This document shows, piece after piece, positions 13,206 to 24,395 of a DNA stretch of 64,000 bases. Both the position numbers and the translations under genes were made by a program. Source of the stretch: Geopsychrobacteraceae bacterium (GTDB lineage: Bacteria; Desulfobacterota; Desulfuromonadia; Desulfuromonadales; Geopsychrobacteraceae). The DNA lies in contig OY759353.1 in NCBI GenBank assembly GCA_963662315.1, forward strand, positions 4,608,001-4,672,000. Reading direction: 5' to 3'. The notes beneath the pieces were generated by a model, which saw nothing but the letters and a program-made list of their open reading frames with translations, was not told the DNA's origin and searched no databases. Each line of letters begins with the position of its first letter. Position 1 is the first letter of the stretch.

Positions 13206-13745
13206 ATGTCACGTATCGGTAAATTACCAATTTCAATTCCGGCTGGTGTCAAAGTGGCACTTGACGGGAATGTTATGACCATAACCGGACCCAAAGGTAC
13301 CCTGTCTCAGGCATTGCATGAGCGTATGACCATCGGTGTTGAGGCTGAGCAAATCGTTGTCTCTCGTCCTACTGATGAGAAAAGCGATAGTGCCCTTCAT
13401 GGTCTGACCAGGTCATTGATTAATAATATGGTCGTTGGTGTTACTACTGGATTTCAGAAAGATCTCGAGATCAATGGTGTTGGTTACCGTGCTGAAATCA
13501 GTGGTAAGACACTGACTCTTTCTCTGGGCTATTCTCACCCTGTAGTTTATGAGTTGCCTGAAGGGATCAGCGTTGATGTTGAAAAGCAGACCAAGTTATC
13601 AATCAAAGGGATTGATAAGCAATTGGTTGGCTCCGCCGCTGCAAAGATTCGTTCCTTCAGGGCACCGGAACCATATAAGGGCAAGGGGATTAAATACGCC
13701 GATGAGCGTATTCTGCGTAAGGCTGGTAAGGCCGGTAAGAAATAA
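13206..13745 (+). CDS. rplF: 50S ribosomal protein L6
   Basis: MSRIGK...PEPYKGKGI. Confidence 0.99.
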   Translation: MSRIGKLPISIPAGVKVALDGNVMTITGPKGTLSQALHERMTIGVEAEQIVVSRPTDEKSDSALHGLTRSLINNMVVGVTTGFQKDLEINGVGYRAEISGKTLTLSLGYSHPVVYELPEGISVDVEKQTKLSIKGIDKQLVGSAAAKIRSFRAPEPYKGKGIKYADERILRKAGKAGKK

Positions 13746-13761
13746 TTAAAGGAGCATAACT

Positions 13762-14124
13762 GTGGACGTTTCCCAAAAAAGACGTGTTGCCAGACTTAAA
13801 CGTCAGGCACGGGTTAGAAGAAAAATTCGTGGCACCACTGAATGCCCCCGGCTTTCTGTCTTCCGTAGTGCAAAGCATATTTACGCCCAGATCATCGAAG
13901 ATACAACCGGTCGTACTTTGGTTGCAGCTTCATCCGTAGGCAAAGATGTGGATTTGGCTAATGGTGGTAATGTGGAGGCCGCTAAGGCAGTTGGTAGTGC
14001 TGTCGCAAAAAAGGCGCTCGCTCAGAACATAACCAAAGTCGTATTTGACCGTAACGGTTTCCTGTACCAGGGGCGTGTTCAAGCACTCGCTGATGCTGCA
14101 CGGGAAGCCGGATTGAAGCTGTAG
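13762..14124 (+). CDS. rplR: 50S ribosomal protein L18
   Basis: PRLSVFRS...VVFDR. Confidence 0.98.
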   Translation: MDVSQKRRVARLKRQARVRRKIRGTTECPRLSVFRSAKHIYAQIIEDTTGRTLVAASSVGKDVDLANGGNVEAAKAVGSAVAKKALAQNITKVVFDRNGFLYQGRVQALADAAREAGLKL

Positions 14125-14136
14125 AGGAGAAGATTA

Positions 14137-14628
14137 ATGCCGCGCATTGATCCTAATGAATTGGAATTGACCGATCGCGTTATTCATATTAACCGTAACG
14201 CTAAAGTTGTTAAGGGTGGTCGTCGTTTTAGCTTTTCAGCGCTGGTTGTTGTTGGCGATGGTGAAGGGCATGTCGGCTACGGACTTGGTAAAGCCAAGGA
14301 GGTACCTGAGGCGATCCGTAAGGGTGTTGAACAGGCCAAAAAGAGCTTGATCAAGGTCCCATTGCAGGAAGGCCGTACCATTCCTTATGACGTCCTTGGT
14401 AAGTATGGCGCAGGTAAGGTGCTTTTGAAGCCCGCTTCTGCTGGTACTGGCGTTATTGCCGGTGGGGCTGTGCGTCCGATTCTCGAAGCTGTCGGGGTCG
14501 GTAACATCCTTACCAAGTGCCTGGGCTCAAATAATCCGCATAACGTTGTCAAGGCAACGATCAATGCGTTGAAGATGCTTAAGAGCCCTGAAGAAATCTG
14601 TGCCCGCAGGGGCATTGAAAAAGACTAA
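14137..14628 (+). CDS. rpsE: 30S ribosomal protein S5
   Basis: [11 protein letters not shown]. Confidence 0.99.
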   Translation: MPRIDPNELELTDRVIHINRNAKVVKGGRRFSFSALVVVGDGEGHVGYGLGKAKEVPEAIRKGVEQAKKSLIKVPLQEGRTIPYDVLGKYGAGKVLLKPASAGTGVIAGGAVRPILEAVGVGNILTKCLGSNNPHNVVKATINALKMLKSPEEICARRGIEKD

Positions 14629-14651
14629 GGTACACTCAGGAGGATGCCGTT

Positions 14652-14831
14652 ATGGCTGCAGAAGTAAAAATCACTCTGAAGAAGAGCCCAATTGGCCGCA
14701 AAGAGTACTTTTCAAAAGTACTTAAGGGAATGGGTTTGACTCGTTTACACCAGACTGTCGTTTTGCAGGATACTCCCGAAATTCGTGGAATGATTCGCAA
14801 AGTTGAGCATATGGTTACAGTCGAAGACTGA
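14652..14831 (+). CDS. rpmD: 50S ribosomal protein L30 (59 aa, absent from ORF track)
   Basis: Manual translation MAAEVKITLKKSPIGR...DTPEIRGMIRKVEHMVTVED; RBS AGGAGG. Confidence 0.97.
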   Translation: MAAEVKITLKKSPIGRKEYFSKVLKGMGLTRLHQTVVLQDTPEIRGMIRKVEHMVTVED

Positions 14832-14852
14832 ACTAATTATAGAGGATAGACG

Positions 14853-15293
14853 ATGGATCTCAGTAATCTGAAACCGGCACTCGGTTCAACTAAAAGTAGA
14901 AAGCGTATTGGCCGTGGCCCAGGATCCGGCACCGGAAAGCAAGCTGGTAAAGGTCACAAAGGGCAGAAGGCTCGCAGTGGCGGAAGCATTAAGCCAGGTT
15001 TTGAAGGTGGTCAGATGCCACTTCAGCGCAGACTGCCGAAACGTGGTTTCGTTTCAACTAACAAGGTAGTTTACAACGTCATCAATCTGCGTGATCTTGA
15101 CGCCTTTGAGGCTGGCTCTGTTGTTGATCTTGAAGCTTACGCTAAGGCTGGCCTTGTTGGTGCGCTTAAAGATGGTGTTAAGGTTCTCGCTGATGGCGAG
15201 CTGACAAAAGCCTTGACCGTTCAGGCTCACAAGTTCAGCAAGGCTGCTGCAGATAAGATCGCGGCTGCCGGCGGTAAGGCCGAGGTTATCTAA
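14853..15293 (+). CDS. rplO: 50S ribosomal protein L15
   Basis: [15 protein letters not shown]. Confidence 0.99.
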   Translation: MDLSNLKPALGSTKSRKRIGRGPGSGTGKQAGKGHKGQKARSGGSIKPGFEGGQMPLQRRLPKRGFVSTNKVVYNVINLRDLDAFEAGSVVDLEAYAKAGLVGALKDGVKVLADGELTKALTVQAHKFSKAAADKIAAAGGKAEVI

Positions 15294-15295
15294 GC

Positions 15296-16603
15296 ATGTC
15301 GACATTGCAGAACATACTAGCGATTCCTGAATTAAGACGGCGTATACTTTTCACCTTGACGATGCTTGCTGTGTATCGGGTGGGTTGTCATGTGCCAACC
15401 CCCGGTATTGACGCACATGTTCTTGCTAAGTTCTTTGAAGGTTCTGAGGGGACGCTGTTGGGTCTGGTCAGTGCTTTCACTGGTGGCGCTCTTAAGCAGA
15501 TGGCTGTATTTGCACTTGGGATTATGCCATATATAAGTGCTTCCATTATTCTGCAATTATTGACAGTGGTTTTTGAACCGATCGAGAAGCTTTCCAAGGA
15601 AGGCGAACAGGGTCGTAAGAAGATTACTGAATATACTCGGTATGGTACTATTTTGCTGGCAGTTATCCAGGGGGTCGGTATTGCTTCCGGCCTGCAGTCA
15701 ATGGTTGGTCCTGCAGGAGAACCCGTAGTCCCGAATCCGGGTATCGGTTTTATTCTGATGACAGTTATCACGTTGACGGCTGGTACAGCCTTCATTATGT
15801 GGCTTGGTGAGCAAATTACTGAGCGCGGTATCGGCAATGGTATCTCATTGATTATCTTTGCCGGTATCGTTGCTGGTATGCCTTCAGCCATTGTCAATTC
15901 AATCAGACTGGTTGATACCGGAGCTATGACCGTTACGACAGTTGTTTTTATTCTGGCTCTGATGCTGGTTACTGTAGCTGCCATTGTTTTTATCGAGCGT
16001 GCGCAGCGCCGTGTGCCCGTCCATTACGCTAAGCGTGTGGTTGGTATGCGTAATATGGGTGGGCAGGCAAGCCATTTACCCCTCAAAATCAATATGAGTG
16101 GCGTTATTCCGCCGATATTTGCCAGCTCAATAATGATGTTTCCTGCGACTATAGCGAATTTCATCGATGTTCCATGGGTAAAGACCGTCGCTGGCTATAT
16201 GGGTCCTGGACACATTGTGTATAATCTTTTTTATATTGCATTTATCGTGTTCTTTTGCTACTTCTACACGGCTATAACATTTAATCCCGTAAATGTGGCT
16301 GAGAATGTGAAAAATCAAGGTGGGTTCATTCCGGGTATACGTCCTGGTAAGGAAACTGCCAACTATCTTGACACCGTACTTGGACGTCTTACCTTTGTCG
16401 GTGCCATCTATATTTCAATCGTCTGTGTTTTGCCAACGGTTTTAATCAGTCAGCTTAATGTTCCATTCTTTTTCGGTGGTACTTCTCTTCTGATTGTTGT
16501 TGGCGTCGGCATGGATACGGCTTCCCAGATAGAGGCACATCTTATTTCCCGGTCTTATGAAGGGTTTATGAAGGGTGTTACTCTTAAGGGACGGCATGGT
16601 TAG
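15296..16603 (+). CDS. secY: Preprotein translocase SecY
   Basis: FALGIMPYISASII; multiple TM segments. Confidence 0.99.
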   Translation: MSTLQNILAIPELRRRILFTLTMLAVYRVGCHVPTPGIDAHVLAKFFEGSEGTLLGLVSAFTGGALKQMAVFALGIMPYISASIILQLLTVVFEPIEKLSKEGEQGRKKITEYTRYGTILLAVIQGVGIASGLQSMVGPAGEPVVPNPGIGFILMTVITLTAGTAFIMWLGEQITERGIGNGISLIIFAGIVAGMPSAIVNSIRLVDTGAMTVTTVVFILALMLVTVAAIVFIERAQRRVPVHYAKRVVGMRNMGGQASHLPLKINMSGVIPPIFASSIMMFPATIANFIDVPWVKTVAGYMGPGHIVYNLFYIAFIVFFCYFYTAITFNPVNVAENVKNQGGFIPGIRPGKETANYLDTVLGRLTFVGAIYISIVCVLPTVLISQLNVPFFFGGTSLLIVVGVGMDTASQIEAHLISRSYEGFMKGVTLKGRHG

Positions 16604-16611
16604 GAAATAGG

Positions 16612-17262
16612 ATGAAAATTATTTTGTTAGGCCCCCCAGGAGCAGGCAAGGGGACTCAATCTGCTTATCTTGTTGAGCGTTTCGGTATACCGCAAATCTC
16701 TACTGGAGATATGTTGCGGGCTGCTGTAAAAGCACAAACTCCGATGGGTATTAAGGCCAAAGATTGCATGGATTCGGGGGCTTTGGTTCCTGATGATGTG
16801 GTTGTGGGTATTGTGCGTGAGCGCTTGCAGCAGGCTGATTGTGGATCCGGATTTATCCTTGATGGTTTTCCGCGTACGATTCCTCAGGCCGAAGCGTTGA
16901 ATAATGTTCTTGCTGATCTGGGAAAAAGTCTTGACGCAGTGGTGTCTTTAACTGTAGACTCCGAGGCTTTGGTCGGTCGATTGACGGGGCGTCGTACTTG
17001 TCGTCAGTGTGGTAAGGGGTATCATGTCTCTTTTGATCCGCCTGCAGCTGATGGTTCGTGCTCTGCTTGTGGTGGTACGCTGGTTCAGCGTGACGATGAC
17101 AAGGAGGAGACTATTCGTCATCGTCTGCAGGTTTATGTCGAGCAGACGGCTCCGTTGGAAAAATATTATGATGAGCTCGGATTGTTGAAGTCAGTTGATG
17201 GTATGGCTGACATCAAGGATGTTCAGAATGCTATCGTGTCTGCGTTGCAGGGTGATCAGTGA
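16612..17262 (+). CDS. adk: Adenylate kinase with zinc-type LID
   Basis: GPPGAGKGT, LDGFPR, CRQC...CSAC. Confidence 0.99.
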   Translation: MKIILLGPPGAGKGTQSAYLVERFGIPQISTGDMLRAAVKAQTPMGIKAKDCMDSGALVPDDVVVGIVRERLQQADCGSGFILDGFPRTIPQAEALNNVLADLGKSLDAVVSLTVDSEALVGRLTGRRTCRQCGKGYHVSFDPPAADGSCSACGGTLVQRDDDKEETIRHRLQVYVEQTAPLEKYYDELGLLKSVDGMADIKDVQNAIVSALQGDQ

Positions 17263-18005
17263 TCGTTGTCAAGTCTCAGAGCGAACTGAAAAAGATGCGT
17301 GTTTCCGGGCGCATGGTTGGCGAAATTCTTGAGCTTTTGCGTAGTACTATTCGGCCAGGCGTCACGACATTCGAGCTTGATGCTCTTGCTGAGAAAGAAT
17401 GTAAAAAACGGAAAGCCAGGCCTGCTTTTAAGGGCTATGGCGGTTTTCCATTTACTATATGCTCGTCCCCTAACGATCGGGTTGTTCATGGTTTTGCTAA
17501 TCATGATGCGTTAAAAGAAGGCGATATCATCAGCATTGATTTTGGCGTAATTTATGATGGTTTTTACGGGGACTCTGCTATCACGGTTCCGGTCGGAGTT
17601 GTTTCACCTGAGGTTGCACGGCTTCTTGATGTGACAGAGGTATCTTTATATAAAGGTATTGATGCTGCTCAGGCCGGTGGTTTTCTTTCAGATATAGGGC
17701 ACGCGGTTCAGGAGTATGTGGAAGCTGCTGGATTTAGCGTTGTCAGGGAATTTGTAGGTCACGGTATCGGTAGAAACCTGCATGAGGATCCTCAGATTCC
17801 CAATTACGGCCGCCCCGGTAAGGGCCCCAAGTTGAAGCCTGGTATGACGTTAGCTATCGAGCCGATGGTTAATGTTGGTTTGCCGGGCGTAAAAGTGCTT
17901 GAAGACGGATGGACTGCTGTCACTGTTGATGGTCAGTTCTCTGCTCATTTTGAGCATACTGTTGCAGTTACAGATAACGGGCCGGAGATTCTGACTCAAG
18001 TGTAA
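17259..18005 (+). CDS. map: Methionine aminopeptidase type I
   Basis: GHGIG...HEDP, AIEPM, SAHFEHT. Confidence 0.98.
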   Translation: MIVVKSQSELKKMRVSGRMVGEILELLRSTIRPGVTTFELDALAEKECKKRKARPAFKGYGGFPFTICSSPNDRVVHGFANHDALKEGDIISIDFGVIYDGFYGDSAITVPVGVVSPEVARLLDVTEVSLYKGIDAAQAGGFLSDIGHAVQEYVEAAGFSVVREFVGHGIGRNLHEDPQIPNYGRPGKGPKLKPGMTLAIEPMVNVGLPGVKVLEDGWTAVTVDGQFSAHFEHTVAVTDNGPEILTQV

Positions 18006-18056
18006 GGGTCAGGTCAAAAGCCGCTTTGATTCGTAAAGATAGAAAAGGATCTCAAA

Positions 18057-18170
18057 ATGAAGGTAAGAGCTTCGGTAAAGAAGATCTGTGATAAGTGTAA
18101 AGTTATTAAACGTAAAGGTGTTATCCGGATCATCTGCGAGAATCCCAAACACAAGCAAAGACAGGGATAA
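18057..18170 (+). CDS. rpmJ: 50S ribosomal protein L36 (37 aa, absent from ORF track)
   Basis: Manual translation [37 protein letters not shown]. Confidence 0.98.
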   Translation: MKVRASVKKICDKCKVIKRKGVIRIICENPKHKQRQG

Positions 18171-18187
18171 GGCCCTAGGAGGAAAAA

Positions 18188-18556
18188 TTGGCACGTATTG
18201 CTGGAGTCGATTTGCCGCGTAACAAGCGGATTGAAGTGGCCATGACCTATGTTTACGGGATTGGTCGCACTACGTCTCAACAGGTTTTAAATCAGGCCGG
18301 GGTGGATTTTAATACCCGTACTGATGATCTGACTGAGGCTGAGTTGGCAAAAATTCGTGAAATCATCGATAAGGATGTTCGTGTAGAAGGTGATCTTCGC
18401 CGCGAAATTACTATGAACATCAAACGTTTGATGGATCTTGGTTGCTATAGAGGCTTACGTCATCGTCGTAGTCTGCCGGTTCGTGGTCAAAATACCAAGA
18501 ATAATTCACGTACTCGCAAGGGACCTAAAAAGACCGTTGCTGGTAAGAAAAAATAA
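18188..18556 (+). CDS. rpsM: 30S ribosomal protein S13
   Basis: [12 protein letters not shown] start. Confidence 0.99.
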   Translation: MARIAGVDLPRNKRIEVAMTYVYGIGRTTSQQVLNQAGVDFNTRTDDLTEAELAKIREIIDKDVRVEGDLRREITMNIKRLMDLGCYRGLRHRRSLPVRGQNTKNNSRTRKGPKKTVAGKKK

Positions 18557-18567
18557 GCGGAGTAGTC

Positions 18568-18963
18568 ATGGCTAAAGCAGGTAAAAAAGTTGTTCGCAAA
18601 AAAGTTGAGAAAAAGAACATTGCTAAAGGTGTTGTTCATATTCAATCAACTTTTAACAATACTATTGTGACCATCTGTGATCCCGTAGGTAACGTTGTTG
18701 CTTGGTCTACATCTGGTGCAAAAGGCTTCAAGGGATCTCGTAAGAGTACTCCATTCGCTGCTCAGATGGCAGCCGAAGAAGCTGCTACCAAGGCTATGGA
18801 ACATGGCATGCGCTCTGTTGAGGCTTATGTAAAAGGGCCCGGAAGTGGTCGTGAGTCCGCTTTGCGAGCACTTTCTTTAGCTGGTTTAACAGTCACGATG
18901 ATTAAAGACGTTACGCCGATTCCGCATAATGGCTGCCGTCCGCCTAAGCGCCGTCGCGTATAA
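18568..18963 (+). CDS. rpsK: 30S ribosomal protein S11
   Basis: [18 protein letters not shown]. Confidence 0.99.
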   Translation: MAKAGKKVVRKKVEKKNIAKGVVHIQSTFNNTIVTICDPVGNVVAWSTSGAKGFKGSRKSTPFAAQMAAEEAATKAMEHGMRSVEAYVKGPGSGRESALRALSLAGLTVTMIKDVTPIPHNGCRPPKRRRV

Positions 18964-18980
18964 GCAACAAGGAGGAAAAG

Positions 18981-19610
18981 TTGTCTAGGTATTCAGGTCC
19001 AGTATGCCGTCAATGCAGAAGAGAAAACGCTAAGCTGTTCCTTAAGGGGGATCGCTGTTATACAGATAAATGTGCTCTAGAGCGTCGTAATTATGCTCCT
19101 GGTCAGCACGGTCAGCGTCGTCCTAAATTGTCCGATTATGGTGTGCAGCTGCGTGAAAAACAAAAAGCTAAACGTACCTATGGTCTGCAAGAAAAGCAGT
19201 TCCGTTTGTACTTCAAGAAAGCTGACCGGATGAAGGGCGTCACAGGTGAAAACTTGTTGATGCTGCTGGAAAGACGTCTTGATAGCATCGTCTATCGGCT
19301 CGGTTTTGCAGGTTCTCGTGCTCAGGCTCGTACACTTGTTCGTCACGGACATTTTCTGGTTAACGATCAGAAGGTTAATGTTCCATCATTCCTGGTTCGT
19401 CCAAATGATGTCGTTAGTCTGCGTGAAAAAAGCCGCGAGGTTGCTTGTATTAATGAGTCACTCGACAGTGTCATGCGTCGTGGGGTTCCTTCTTGGGTTG
19501 AGCTTGATCGCGATGCCTTCAAAGGTACCATCAAAGCGTTGCCGGTACGTAGTGAGTTGACAACTCCTGAGTTCCAGGAACAATTGATTGTCGAACTCTA
19601 CTCCAAGTAA
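18981..19610 (+). CDS. rpsD: 30S ribosomal protein S4
   Basis: [14 protein letters not shown]-terminal CxxC. Confidence 0.99.
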   Translation: MSRYSGPVCRQCRRENAKLFLKGDRCYTDKCALERRNYAPGQHGQRRPKLSDYGVQLREKQKAKRTYGLQEKQFRLYFKKADRMKGVTGENLLMLLERRLDSIVYRLGFAGSRAQARTLVRHGHFLVNDQKVNVPSFLVRPNDVVSLREKSREVACINESLDSVMRRGVPSWVELDRDAFKGTIKALPVRSELTTPEFQEQLIVELYSK

Positions 19611-19649
19611 TTAATCCCGTAAGGGTCTCTTGAGAGGGAGAATCAATTT

Positions 19650-20660
19650 ATGTATAAAAATTGGAGGGATCTGATCAAACCCAAGCGTGTTGAAGGCGTT
19701 GATTTGTCAGATTCTTACGGTAAATTCGTTGCAGAGCCTTTTGAACGTGGTTTCGGAACAACGCTTGGCAACTCCCTGCGTCGGGTTCTGTTGTCCTCGC
19801 TTCAGGGTGCAGCTATTACCTCGGTGCGTATTAAGAACGTTCAGCACGAATTCTCCAGCATTGTTGGAGTGACCGAAGATGTTACCGATATTATTCTTAA
19901 TCTTAAGGGTGTTAAGGTTCTTCTTCATGGGCATGATTCACGTAACGTCAGAATTGTAAAGAAGGGTGCCGGTGTTATTAAAGCCTCTGACATCATTACT
20001 GACAGTAACGTAGAAATTCTGAACGGTGATCATTATATCGCTACATGTGGTGATGAAACTGATCTTGAAATTGATATGACCGTTGCCATGGGCAAGGGGT
20101 ATGTCAGTGCAGATAAAAATAGGGATGAAAACGCTCCTGTTGGAACAATTCCAATTGACGCTATTTTCTCTCCTATTACCAAGGTCAATTTTAATGTATC
20201 GAATGCTCGTGTTGGTCAGATTACCGATTATGATAAATTGACTCTGGATGTTCATACTGATGGTAGCGTTCGTCCTGAGGATGCCGTTGCTTATGCTGCT
20301 AAGATTCTGAAGGAGCAACTTCAGATTTTCATCAATTTTGATGAAACTGAAGAGCCTGTGGTTCAGGAAGAAGAGGACGAAAAACAGAAGATCAACGAGA
20401 ATCTCTATCGTTCCGTCGAAGAGCTTGAGTTGTCTGTTCGTAGTGCCAACTGCCTTAAGAATGCGCAGATTAATCTTATCGGCGAGTTGGTCCAGAAGAC
20501 TGAGGCTGAAATGCTTAAAACTCAGAACTTTGGCCGTAAATCACTTAACGAGATTAAGGATATTCTGTCCGAGATGGGCCTCAGTCTTGGTATGAAACTT
20601 GAGACCTTCCCCGATCCCGAATACCTGAAATTGATTCAAAAAGGTCAGGACGAAGAATAA
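19650..20660 (+). CDS. rpoA: RNA polymerase alpha subunit
   Basis: [26 protein letters not shown]. Confidence 0.99.
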   Translation: MYKNWRDLIKPKRVEGVDLSDSYGKFVAEPFERGFGTTLGNSLRRVLLSSLQGAAITSVRIKNVQHEFSSIVGVTEDVTDIILNLKGVKVLLHGHDSRNVRIVKKGAGVIKASDIITDSNVEILNGDHYIATCGDETDLEIDMTVAMGKGYVSADKNRDENAPVGTIPIDAIFSPITKVNFNVSNARVGQITDYDKLTLDVHTDGSVRPEDAVAYAAKILKEQLQIFINFDETEEPVVQEEEDEKQKINENLYRSVEELELSVRSANCLKNAQINLIGELVQKTEAEMLKTQNFGRKSLNEIKDILSEMGLSLGMKLETFPDPEYLKLIQKGQDEE

Positions 20661-20697
20661 TCCGCCTTTTATTGGTTTTTAGAAAGGAACGAGAGCA

Positions 20698-21105
20698 ATG
20701 CGCCACAATAAAACTGGTAGACGTTTGGGTCGTAAACCCGACCATCGTCAGCATATGATGCATAACATGGTAACGTCTTTTTTTCAGAGTGAAAAAATTA
20801 CGACTACTGTAACGCGTGCAAAAGAACTTCGTAAACTCGTTGATCGAATGATTACTCTCGGAAAGCGCGGTGATTTGCATGCACGTCGCCAGGCTCTCCA
20901 GGTTATTCGTGATCCTCAGGCTGTTGCAAAGCTTTTTGAGATGATTGCACCGCGTTATTCTAATCGTCCTGGTGGTTATACAAGAATCATTCGTCTTGAG
21001 AACCGTCTGGGAGACAATGCTCCAATGGCAATTATTGAACTTGTTGAAGAAGGTTTTGTTCCTTCTGGAAGCGAGACCGTTGCCGAGGCTACTGTTGCTG
21101 AATAA
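20698..21105 (+). CDS. rplQ: 50S ribosomal protein L17
   Basis: MRH...RPGGYTRI. Confidence 0.99.
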   Translation: MRHNKTGRRLGRKPDHRQHMMHNMVTSFFQSEKITTTVTRAKELRKLVDRMITLGKRGDLHARRQALQVIRDPQAVAKLFEMIAPRYSNRPGGYTRIIRLENRLGDNAPMAIIELVEEGFVPSGSETVAEATVAE

Positions 21106-21136
21106 CTGAAGCATCATCGAAGTCATTAGGTTTGTT

Positions 21137-21170
21137 AAAAAGAGCAAGATTATTCTTGCTCTTTTTTTTT
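21137..21170 (+). terminator. Intrinsic terminator ending the ribosomal superoperon
   Basis: AAAAAGAGCAAGA-TTAT-TCTTGCTC followed by T9. Confidence 0.85.
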
Positions 21171-21248
21171 GTCCTGTGTTTGACTGCCTGTTTATGGGAT
21201 GGTACGTTTTTCTCGTTTTATTCCTGGTATTCTTTTATGGAGCTTTCT

Positions 21249-22607
21249 ATGCATGAACAAAAAATCCAGGTCCTGTATGGTACCGTCAGTAAATTGCTCA
21301 GACGTGGTGCTGTTTCTCATTTGAAAAAAGCTCTTGGGAAAATCCACCCTGCCGATATCGCTCATCTGTTTAGATATTTTGATTTAAATCAGCAAAAAGC
21401 ATTATTGGATCTTATTCCTGAAACCAAACAGGCAGCAGAAGTTCTTTCTGAGCTTGAGTCTGATACCTGGCCGACCTTAGCTCGTATGTTGGATAAAGAG
21501 CGTTTGCTCGCTATTGTCCACGAAATGGCCGACGATGACAGTGCATTGTTTATTCGTAGTCTTTCTGAAGAGTTAGCAGAGGAAATACTCACGGATCTTA
21601 AAGATGAACAGTCTGAAGATGTCGAACGACTATTGGGTTATGATGAAGACACTGCCGGTGGCATCATGTCTACGGAAGTGTTCTCTCTTGACCAGGATAT
21701 GACTGTCCGTGAGGCTATTTCTGCCCTTCAGGATTCTGAAGACTATGAAATGGTCTTCTATGTTTATGTGACCGATGAGCATAATCATCTTGTTGGTGTT
21801 TTGTCTTTGCGTCAGTTGTTGACGGTTTCACCGATTACCAGGCTTTGCGATATTATGAGTACTAACGTTTTACGCGTTCGTACTGACATGGATCAGGAGG
21901 ATGTTGCTGAACTTGTAGCAAAGTATAATATCTTAGCGATTCCCGTCGTTGACGATCATGGGAAACTGATGGGCCTTATTACCGTTGATGATGTTATTGA
22001 TGTTATGCGTGAAGAGGCCGATGAAGATATTCTGCGTATGGCCGGAACCAGCGAAGAAGAATTGTTGCTTGGCTATAAATCCCTCAAGATTGCTCAACTG
22101 CGTCTGCCCTGGTTGCTTACCACCTTATTGGGAGGTGTGGTTACCGGGACCCTGATGTGGTATTTTCGCGCGACTCTCGAGCAGGTTATTATGCTGATTT
22201 CATTTATTCCGGTCATTACCGGGATGGGTGGTAATGTCGGAGGGCAGACTTCGACTATCATAGTGCGTGGTTTCGCCACGGGTCGGATTGAGTTCTCCAT
22301 GCTGAAACAGGTCTTTTTGAAGGAGCTAAGGGTAGGATTGCTTATGGGCTCTGTGTGTGGCCTGGTTATCGCACTGGTTGCGATGATCTGGCACCATAAT
22401 GTGTACTTAGGTCTGGTTGTCGGTCTGGCGATGGTAACGGCTATAACCGTTGCCGCATGTATGGGGGTTATTGTTACGGCATTTTTCAAAAAAGTCGGAA
22501 TCGATCCGGCTATTGCTTCGAGTCCTTTTGTCCAGACCGTTAATGATATAACCGGAATTTTGATCTATTTCAGTACCGCTACTGTTTTCCTTCAATATTT
22601 AGTCTGA
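21249..22607 (+). CDS. mgtE: Magnesium transporter MgtE
   Basis: N-terminal domain, CBS pair, GMGGNVG and DPAIASSPF motifs; start chosen behind GGAG. Confidence 0.93.
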   Translation: MHEQKIQVLYGTVSKLLRRGAVSHLKKALGKIHPADIAHLFRYFDLNQQKALLDLIPETKQAAEVLSELESDTWPTLARMLDKERLLAIVHEMADDDSALFIRSLSEELAEEILTDLKDEQSEDVERLLGYDEDTAGGIMSTEVFSLDQDMTVREAISALQDSEDYEMVFYVYVTDEHNHLVGVLSLRQLLTVSPITRLCDIMSTNVLRVRTDMDQEDVAELVAKYNILAIPVVDDHGKLMGLITVDDVIDVMREEADEDILRMAGTSEEELLLGYKSLKIAQLRLPWLLTTLLGGVVTGTLMWYFRATLEQVIMLISFIPVITGMGGNVGGQTSTIIVRGFATGRIEFSMLKQVFLKELRVGLLMGSVCGLVIALVAMIWHHNVYLGLVVGLAMVTAITVAACMGVIVTAFFKKVGIDPAIASSPFVQTVNDITGILIYFSTATVFLQYLV

Positions 22608-23389
22608 TGACTGCGGTGAAGACATTTCGTGGTCAGCAATTACACCACAGTGATGCTATTCTGTTGAAGACTACTGTGTACGGTGAAGCAGATCTTATCC
22701 TGGTTTTGTTCAGTCCGGGATATGGTCTGATTAAGGGGTTTGCCAGGGCTGCAAAAAAAAGTATAAAACGCTTTGGGGGCAGTCTTTCATTGTTCTCCAC
22801 ATCCAATTTTTCTTTTAAAGAGGGGCAGGGTGACCTTAAGGTCGTAAGTGATGCTGAACTGGTAAGTTTTCGCAACAATATTAGTGCGGACATGCATTGT
22901 TTTGCTACGGCCAGTTATGGGGTTGAACTGATCGAGATGTTGCTCGTTGCTGAAGAACCCAATCCTGGTGTCTATCGTATGCTGACGGGTTTTCTCGATT
23001 ATCTTAATCAGTACGGTAATAGCGCATTTGCCAAACTTCTTTTTGAACTGCGGCTGGTAGAGGCTTTGGGTTTTCTGCCTCACCTTCTTCATTGCTCGGA
23101 GTGTTATGCAGATATTGGCCAGCAACGTGAGGTAGCTTTCGATGTCAGTCGTGGGGGGGCTTTGTGCTCATCTTGCGGTTACGGTTATGCGTTTGCTGTA
23201 AATCCTGGAACCCTGGGTTCTTTATCGCGTTGTTTAAGGGGCCCCTATGATATCTTTATAGGATTCAAATTCAGTTCCAGGACATTATCCGAAGGGACAA
23301 TGGTTCTTTCTTCCGTTTATCGGCAGATCCTGCCCAAAGAGCCAAAAACACTTAAGTTCATGGCTCAACTTGGAGCCCCTCGTTCTTGA
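22607..23389 (+). CDS. recO: DNA repair protein RecO
   Basis: YGEADLI, zinc finger CSEC...CSSC; recO-glyQS synteny. Confidence 0.92.
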   Translation: MTAVKTFRGQQLHHSDAILLKTTVYGEADLILVLFSPGYGLIKGFARAAKKSIKRFGGSLSLFSTSNFSFKEGQGDLKVVSDAELVSFRNNISADMHCFATASYGVELIEMLLVAEEPNPGVYRMLTGFLDYLNQYGNSAFAKLLFELRLVEALGFLPHLLHCSECYADIGQQREVAFDVSRGGALCSSCGYGYAFAVNPGTLGSLSRCLRGPYDIFIGFKFSSRTLSEGTMVLSSVYRQILPKEPKTLKFMAQLGAPRS

Positions 23390-23414
23390 CATATTGCAGG
23401 GCCAAAGATAAACT
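23386..23414 (+). promoter_or_regulatory. Sigma-70 promoter for glyQS, overlapping the recO stop codon
   Basis: TTGACA-17 nt-TAAACT. Confidence 0.65.
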
Positions 23415-23475
23415 CCCAAAGTTCATTAGATTTTACCGGTTACAGCAGCACCGTTTATAAATTTTTGGAGGACAT

Positions 23476-24348
23476 GTGACTTTTCAGGACTTAATTCTTT
23501 CTTTGCAAAACTATTGGGCCAGCCAGGGTTGTATTATTCAGCAGCCATATGATATTGAAAAAGGTGCCGGCACTTTTAATCCTGCTACTTTTCTCAGGGC
23601 ATTAGGTCCGGAACCATGGCATGTTGCTTATGTTGAGCCTTCCCGTCGCCCTACCGATGGTCGTTACGGTGAGAATCCCAACCGGCTTCAGCATTATTAC
23701 CAGTTCCAGGTTCTTTTGAAACCGTCCCCTATCAATATCCAGGATCTTTACCTGAACTCCCTGAAAAGTTTTGGTTTGGACCCTAATGCTCATGATATTC
23801 GTTTTGTCGAAGACGATTGGGAATCACCAACCCTTGGAGCCTGGGGGCTAGGCTGGGAGGTTTGGCTTGATGGCATGGAAATCACTCAGTTTACCTATTT
23901 TCAGCAATGCGGTGGTATCGATCTTAAGCCGATCCCCGGGGAAATTACCTACGGGATTGAACGGATTGCCATGTATCTGCAGGGCGTTGATAACGTTTAT
24001 GATCTTGAATGGGTTGACGGTATCAAGTATGGCGATGTGCACCACCAGACAGAAGTTGAATTTTCTCATTACAATTTTGAGCAGGCTGATACGGCTATGC
24101 TTTTCCAACTGTTTGATATGTATGAGAAGGAATGCATCCGCCTGGCTGAAAATGAACTGGTGTTTCCTGCCTACGACTTTGTTTTGAAATGTTCACACGC
24201 TTTTAATCTGCTGGATGCCAGAAGTGCTATTTCTGTTACTGAGCGGGCCAGCTATATCGGTCGTGTCAGGAATATGGCTAAGCTTTGTGCGACTGGTTAT
24301 GTTGCGCAGCGTGAAAAGCTTGGCTATCCACTTTTGAAAAATAAATAA
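23476..24348 (+). CDS. glyQ: Glycine-tRNA ligase alpha subunit
   Basis: [18 protein letters not shown]. Confidence 0.99.
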   Translation: MTFQDLILSLQNYWASQGCIIQQPYDIEKGAGTFNPATFLRALGPEPWHVAYVEPSRRPTDGRYGENPNRLQHYYQFQVLLKPSPINIQDLYLNSLKSFGLDPNAHDIRFVEDDWESPTLGAWGLGWEVWLDGMEITQFTYFQQCGGIDLKPIPGEITYGIERIAMYLQGVDNVYDLEWVDGIKYGDVHHQTEVEFSHYNFEQADTAMLFQLFDMYEKECIRLAENELVFPAYDFVLKCSHAFNLLDARSAISVTERASYIGRVRNMAKLCATGYVAQREKLGYPLLKNK

Positions 24349-24395
24349 AATTATTCGGTAGCTACTCGCTATCTTGCATTTACGCGGAGAAATTC

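Noticed and set aside
18006..18056. infA absent between map and rpmJ
   Set aside because: infA often lies elsewhere in the genome; no remnant is visible, so this is not evidence of loss.
21132..21248. N-terminal extension of the mgtE ORF, or an M-box riboswitch
   Set aside because: The extension crosses the rplQ terminator, and the gap is too short with no M-box consensus.
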